A stretch of 64,000 bases of DNA, taken from positions 236,263 through 300,262 of IMG/VR virus record IMGVR_UViG_3300020429_000539. One strand, 5' to 3'. This document shows positions 59,760 through 64,000 of the stretch, in pieces. The notes beneath the pieces are model-generated. The model did no database searches. It saw nothing but the letters and a program-made list of their open reading frames with translations, and was not told the origin of the DNA. The number at the start of each line of letters is the position of its first letter. Within the stretch, counting starts at the first letter, position 1. This DNA comes from a virus (taxonomy: Duplodnaviria > Heunggongvirae > Uroviricota > Caudoviricetes). Both the position numbers and the translations under genes were made by a program.

Positions 59760-60155
59760 GCCTTTTATTCAAGGGGTCTTTCGATGATATTATTCGAGAG
59801 CGAGTCCTATAGCTTTTGCAAGGCTAACTCAAATAAAACAAAAGATACCCTGACCCTTGAGCATGCTGTGCGTGCAGTAACGTTTAATAGGGAAAGGCCT
59901 GTCTATGCGCGATGCATGATTTTATGCAGTCGCGCCTGTTCCATAAGGAGGTTTTAAACTATGTATAGAACAAATATTACATTGCGGTCAGACTTGGAGA
60001 AGCTAAATGGCAATGGAGATTGCCAGATTCTCTAATCTGATCCGAACCCTGCCTGGGAACAGGCGCGCCGCCTTCGGGCGGCGAGGTACACGGGGTCTCG
60101 ACGGCGAGGCCAACATTGTTGGTAAGAGGGTTCGACTCCCTAGCCCGTGTCTTTT
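59760..60155 (+). ncRNA. candidate structured RNA ending in a tRNA-like element
   Basis: AGG-N19-GAATA promoter at 59724-59750; nested stems; GGAA and UUCG tetraloops; tRNA-like fold at 60088-60150 then a T tract. Confidence 0.65.
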
Positions 60156-60170
60156 TATCTGGAGAACACT

Positions 60171-60836
60171 ATGCAAGAAATCAAGAGTCCTTCGTTTAGC
60201 GTCATAGCAAAGAAATCGCCTGCCTGGCAAAGAGAGGAAGGCAAAAGCGATAAAGGTGGCCTCAATGAGAAAGGTCGCAAGTCTTACGAACGCGAAAATC
60301 CAGGAAGCGACCTAAAAGCTCCTGTTACAGAAGACAAGCCTAAAGGCGAGCGCAAGAAGCGACAAGATTCGTATTGCGCTCGAAGCAAAGGGCAGATGGA
60401 CGACCATAATATCAACTGTTCAGAAGAACCAGATAAGCCTATCTGCAAGTCACGCCGTCGTTGGAACTGCTCTAGCAAAGAGTTGTCTGGTCTGCTCAGG
60501 GTAATGAAGAGCGAGTCTTATCTGAAGGTTGCAGAGGACGAGCTAGCAGATGCTTGCTGGGAAGGCTACGAGGCTGTTGGAACTAAAATGAAGGACGGTA
60601 AGGAAGTCCCTAACTGTGTTCCAAAGGGTAAGAAGAAAAAGAAAGCTTCTTTCTCGGTCTTGCCCGACATTGATAGGGATCGTCATCCTGAGAGGGCGGG
60701 ACTTGAGGGTCCGTTTAGGCAGCCGAGTGGTCATGTTCTTTACTATGACCCAAAAGAGGGTAAGTATTACGACGCTTCACGAGATATGTATATCGAAGCA
60801 GATGAATACGAGGCCATGCAGCGACCTCGTTCATGA
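60171..60836 (+). CDS. multi-module small-domain protein (DUF6321-like plus two short modules)
   Basis: SPAWQREEGK..GGLNEKGRKSY; CWEGYEAVG.KMKDGKEVPNCVP; GLEGPF..G.VLYYDPKEGKYYD; separated by KVAE and KKAS. Confidence 0.7.
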   Translation: MQEIKSPSFSVIAKKSPAWQREEGKSDKGGLNEKGRKSYERENPGSDLKAPVTEDKPKGERKKRQDSYCARSKGQMDDHNINCSEEPDKPICKSRRRWNCSSKELSGLLRVMKSESYLKVAEDELADACWEGYEAVGTKMKDGKEVPNCVPKGKKKKKASFSVLPDIDRDRHPERAGLEGPFRQPSGHVLYYDPKEGKYYDASRDMYIEADEYEAMQRPRS

Positions 60837-60903
60837 GGTATTCAAGATATTGAATTCAACACGGCCCTTGTGCCGTGTTGTTTTTTAAGCCGATATGCTT
60901 TGT

Positions 60904-62304
60904 ATGAAGTTCCTAAACGTAACACAAAACTCGGTATACCTTGAAGACATTGATATGCACATACCCTTCGAGGATGGGAAGGTTATCGAAATTGACACCG
61001 ATGATGTCAAAAAGAGCCGTGCCTTTCAGAATTTGATTGTTCTGGGAGCCTTCGAAATTGTTGAAGCCAACGACGAGCGAATCGAACAAAACCTGCTTCG
61101 ATTGCAACCAAAAGATGACGATTCAAAAGATGAGGAGGAAGACCGCGAAACAAGCGGAGAGGCTCCCGAGGTTATCATCAAAGGCCACTTCTATGAAGCT
61201 GGTGGATATGCGAAGACGAATCGGAATCTTGCGATTTGTCTTGCCGCAAAAGGTTGCAAGGTTGAGGCTGATGTAACTTCAACTCGAAAGAGCGATTTGA
61301 ATGAGCTTGAGGCCAGAATGATGGCTTCTTTCAAGCAGAAGGTGGGTCGCCAGGCAATACGTATAGACAGCATAATCCCAAGTTTTTCTCAGATTAGCCC
61401 CAAGATGCCTTATCGTATACTTTATACGACAATTGAGGCCTCTTCTATGCCAAAACAAACGGTAGACATCTGTAACTCATACGATGAGGTATGGGTTACG
61501 GCTGACTACTGCAAAGAAGTTATGCAGAAAGAAGGGGTTGCACGACCAATCTATGTTATGCCTAACGCGATACAGACGAAGATGTTTCATGAGCATTATG
61601 AGCCTCATGAGTTTCGTCCGTCGTTGAACTCGTTTGTGTTTTGCAGTCTTTTTGGCTGGGCATACCGTAAGGGGTGGGACGCATTACTGAAGGCCTACTT
61701 TAGGGCTTTTGATGGCAATGATGATGTATCGCTGCTCATTGTTAGCAGGTATCAATATTCATCTGAACGAAGTGGCGTCATCAAGCAAGATATTGACAAA
61801 TATCTCAAGCAATATGGCGGGGCTAATCCCCCTCATGTATGCCGTTGTAGTAGAATTATTCCTGAGTTTGAACTACCTCGCATATATAAGGCCTGCGATG
61901 CATTCGTTCTCCCTTCTCGCGGAGAGGGATTCGGACTTCCTTACGCCGAGGCATCGCTGTGTGGTTTACCCGTTATAGCAACCAATCACAGTGGTCACAC
62001 TATGTTCTTGAATAAAGACAATGCAGAGCTTGTTGATATTGATTCGCTAGAGCCGGTGCCTCGCGGTTCTAGTCATGTTCATTACTGGGACGGACAGCTT
62101 ATGGCTAATCTAAAATCAGAAGACTTTATAGATAGACTGTCTGCATCTATGAGGCGTGTATATGAGAACCATGAAGAGGCAAAGAAAAGGAATAAGCTGC
62201 TGCAACAAGAAATAGCTAATAGCTACTCTTTTCAAAATGCTGCTAATAGGTATTCTGAAAGGATTAGCGAGATATGGAAAAACATTAAGGAGAAGCAGCA
62301 ATGA
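60904..62304 (+). CDS. GT-B (GT4-like) glycosyltransferase with extra N-terminal module
   Basis: GGYAK, RKGWDALL, DAFVLPSRGEGFGLPYAEA. Confidence 0.9.
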   Translation: MKFLNVTQNSVYLEDIDMHIPFEDGKVIEIDTDDVKKSRAFQNLIVLGAFEIVEANDERIEQNLLRLQPKDDDSKDEEEDRETSGEAPEVIIKGHFYEAGGYAKTNRNLAICLAAKGCKVEADVTSTRKSDLNELEARMMASFKQKVGRQAIRIDSIIPSFSQISPKMPYRILYTTIEASSMPKQTVDICNSYDEVWVTADYCKEVMQKEGVARPIYVMPNAIQTKMFHEHYEPHEFRPSLNSFVFCSLFGWAYRKGWDALLKAYFRAFDGNDDVSLLIVSRYQYSSERSGVIKQDIDKYLKQYGGANPPHVCRCSRIIPEFELPRIYKACDAFVLPSRGEGFGLPYAEASLCGLPVIATNHSGHTMFLNKDNAELVDIDSLEPVPRGSSHVHYWDGQLMANLKSEDFIDRLSASMRRVYENHEEAKKRNKLLQQEIANSYSFQNAANRYSERISEIWKNIKEKQQ

Positions 62305-62993
62305 TAATCGTATTTATAGATGCAGAAAATGCTGCGGTTACAATCGTAAACAGCGAACGCGAATCGGTAAAGACATATCCTTGGAATGATTTGAAATCAA
62401 TAGTTCCTCGATTGGGGTCGGATGAGGTATACTATGTCACCGCAGCCGAGTTTGTTCCAGCAGATAATGTTGCAGAGTTACTTGCTTCGCTCACTGGTGA
62501 AGAAATAACCGAAGAAATCAGGCCAACAGGACGTAAGTTTATTCGCTCTACTGTTCCGGGGAAACTCATTGTTCATGGCAATAGCGGCGAACCTCTTGAG
62601 TTTGATAGTCCCGTTGATTTTAAGCCTCTTGATGCTTTGCCGACAAATCTAGAAAGCGAATATCCGAGTCTTTCTATATACATGAATCAAGGCAAAATTG
62701 CTATAGTAGATGAATATGATATCGCTGACATACGAAATAGTTATCAAGCAAAAATGAGCGGCTTCAGAAAGAAGCTCGAAAGCAATAGGGATGAGGCTTT
62801 AGATAAGATGCTCGTCAAGGGAAGCGTTGATGATTTCCTTGATCATATGGATGATGATGCCGATACATCTGATACAATAGAGATAGGTCAAAATGACCTA
62901 AGAGGTAATGCCAGAGAATCTCAAGAGTTCTTTAATACAATAAGACAGTCAGGCATAGAAGTTACTGAACAGGACATAGAAGCAATCGAATAA
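62301..62993 (+). CDS. hypothetical protein
   Basis: 230 aa, translationally coupled. Confidence 0.7.
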   Translation: MIIVFIDAENAAVTIVNSERESVKTYPWNDLKSIVPRLGSDEVYYVTAAEFVPADNVAELLASLTGEEITEEIRPTGRKFIRSTVPGKLIVHGNSGEPLEFDSPVDFKPLDALPTNLESEYPSLSIYMNQGKIAIVDEYDIADIRNSYQAKMSGFRKKLESNRDEALDKMLVKGSVDDFLDHMDDDADTSDTIEIGQNDLRGNARESQEFFNTIRQSGIEVTEQDIEAIE

Positions 62994-63754
62994 TGACAAA
63001 CCTCAAACACCAAGTTCATTCTCCTTCTGCCAGAGCTATCGTGCTACACTATGGCCCTAGCTGGGAGGCTCTTGCGGCTACGTCTCTTATCAAGAGACTT
63101 GTGCAGGAGTATGATGGGAAACTTCGTCTTGATTGGGCAACAACGAATGAAAGTTATCCTTTGTTTAAATACAACTCTAGGATAGAAAACTTGTTTATCG
63201 GTGAGCCCACTTCAAGCGATACATATGATGTAATCTATGATTTGAGCAGAAACGAGCAATCAAGAAAAGTTTGCGAATCCCTAAAAGGAGGCGCTTGCTC
63301 TGTTAAAGATTCGTATTGTTTTGCCTATTTAGCAGGCGAGCGAGTTGACAGTCACGTTCTCCAGGTTTTATTCAAGCTGGCCGGACTTTCTTGGAGAGGA
63401 GAAGGCTATGACTTGGCATATTATCCCAAGAACAAAGTAAAGAAAGGAAAAACAGGTGTTGCTATATCTGGAGACGATTTGAGGGCATATGTTAAGGATA
63501 ACCTAAATCTGTCTCTATCAGAACTTTGGCACATACCACTTCGCAAGAACTTGCTAAAAAGAATAGATGAAATAAATCGTTGCAAACGTATTGTAACAGA
63601 CGACCTATTTACGGCGCATGCCGCTATCGCGCTAAGAAAGCATGTGGAGTTTTTGGATAAGGACGGCTTTCATGCAGAAATTGAGTTCTTTGGTAAGGGC
63701 AATCATTTGCGTTTAAACGATGATAGATGGAAACTTCAAATGTCCGAAACCTAA
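62993..63754 (+). CDS. degenerate GT9 (heptosyltransferase)-like protein
   Basis: ATSLIKRL..Y, LFKYNSRI, YDVIYDL, IVTDD..AHAAIALRK. Confidence 0.6.
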   Translation: MTNLKHQVHSPSARAIVLHYGPSWEALAATSLIKRLVQEYDGKLRLDWATTNESYPLFKYNSRIENLFIGEPTSSDTYDVIYDLSRNEQSRKVCESLKGGACSVKDSYCFAYLAGERVDSHVLQVLFKLAGLSWRGEGYDLAYYPKNKVKKGKTGVAISGDDLRAYVKDNLNLSLSELWHIPLRKNLLKRIDEINRCKRIVTDDLFTAHAAIALRKHVEFLDKDGFHAEIEFFGKGNHLRLNDDRWKLQMSET

Positions 63755-64000
63755 CTCTCGATACGCCGTCGATAGAGTTAAAAAACCTGTTGAGTATAAT
63801 CCCAAATATTTTGGGATATCTGACCTCAAGGGAAGCGGCCTAGGCGTGTCTATCTGTGTGATAGACACGGGTTATCCTAAGCATAAGGATATACCATGCG
63901 TTATGGACCAGGTTATTGACTTTACTGGCTCGCCTCATGGAGCTTTAGATGTTCATGGTCATGCAACTGGTGTCGCTGGAGTGCTGAAGGGTCATAGAGA
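63720..64000 (+). CDS. S8 subtilisin-like peptidase (5' part, runs off the window; absent from the ORF track)
   Basis: manual translation gives GLGVSICVIDTG (catalytic Asp) and DVHGHATGVAG (catalytic His). Confidence 0.85.
   Translation, partial: MIDGNFKCPKPNSRYAVDRVKKPVEYNPKYFGISDLKGSGLGVSICVIDTGYPKHKDIPCVMDQVIDFTGSPHGALDVHGHATGVAGVLKGHR

Noticed and set aside
59760-60155. tmRNA
   Set aside because: No G3-U70 alanine acceptor, no CCA and no tag frame ending in an AA-type degron; the tRNA-like fold is local rather than formed by the two RNA ends
1-64000. Alternative genetic code (stop reassignment)
   Set aside because: Conserved genes are full length in code 11, and TAA, TAG and TGA all end genes at expected positions

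Overview
This window looks like part of a large (jumbo-type) tailed-phage genome, with nearly all genes on the + strand. All family assignments are from motif recognition by eye; no search was run. Positions ~1-32 kb hold host-takeover and nucleotide genes: TyrRS, NAD-dependent ligase, thyA/DHFR, class II RNR, dUTPase, a FliA/WhiG-type sigma factor, macro, HNH, DHH and AAA proteins, an RNA-repair-type NTase with a receiver-like partner, and glycan-modifying enzymes. Positions ~32-60 kb are a head morphogenesis module: terminase, many putative internal proteins, portal, a 1890-aa protease/scaffold, a decoration protein and a 294-aa major capsid protein. Glycosyltransferases and a truncated subtilase follow. 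Several genes point to a Planctomycetota (probably Phycisphaerae) host. The most unusual signals are: (1) two unannotated, hairpin-dense non-coding RNA candidates (~10.7-11.3 kb; ~59.76-60.15 kb, the second ending in a tRNA-like fold with no anticodon loop); (2) a shared AGG-N18/19-G[AT]A promoter in front of the capsid operon, isolated minus-strand genes, the second RNA, and two in-frame internal starts inside the protease/scaffold gene; (3) a pervasive K/R-x-A-(S/Q/A/E) motif with WY/FNL leaders, a candidate capsid-targeting and maturation code that also tags a lysozyme and an NTase outside the structural module; (4) a probable -1 programmed frameshift just upstream of a portal fused to a nuclease domain.
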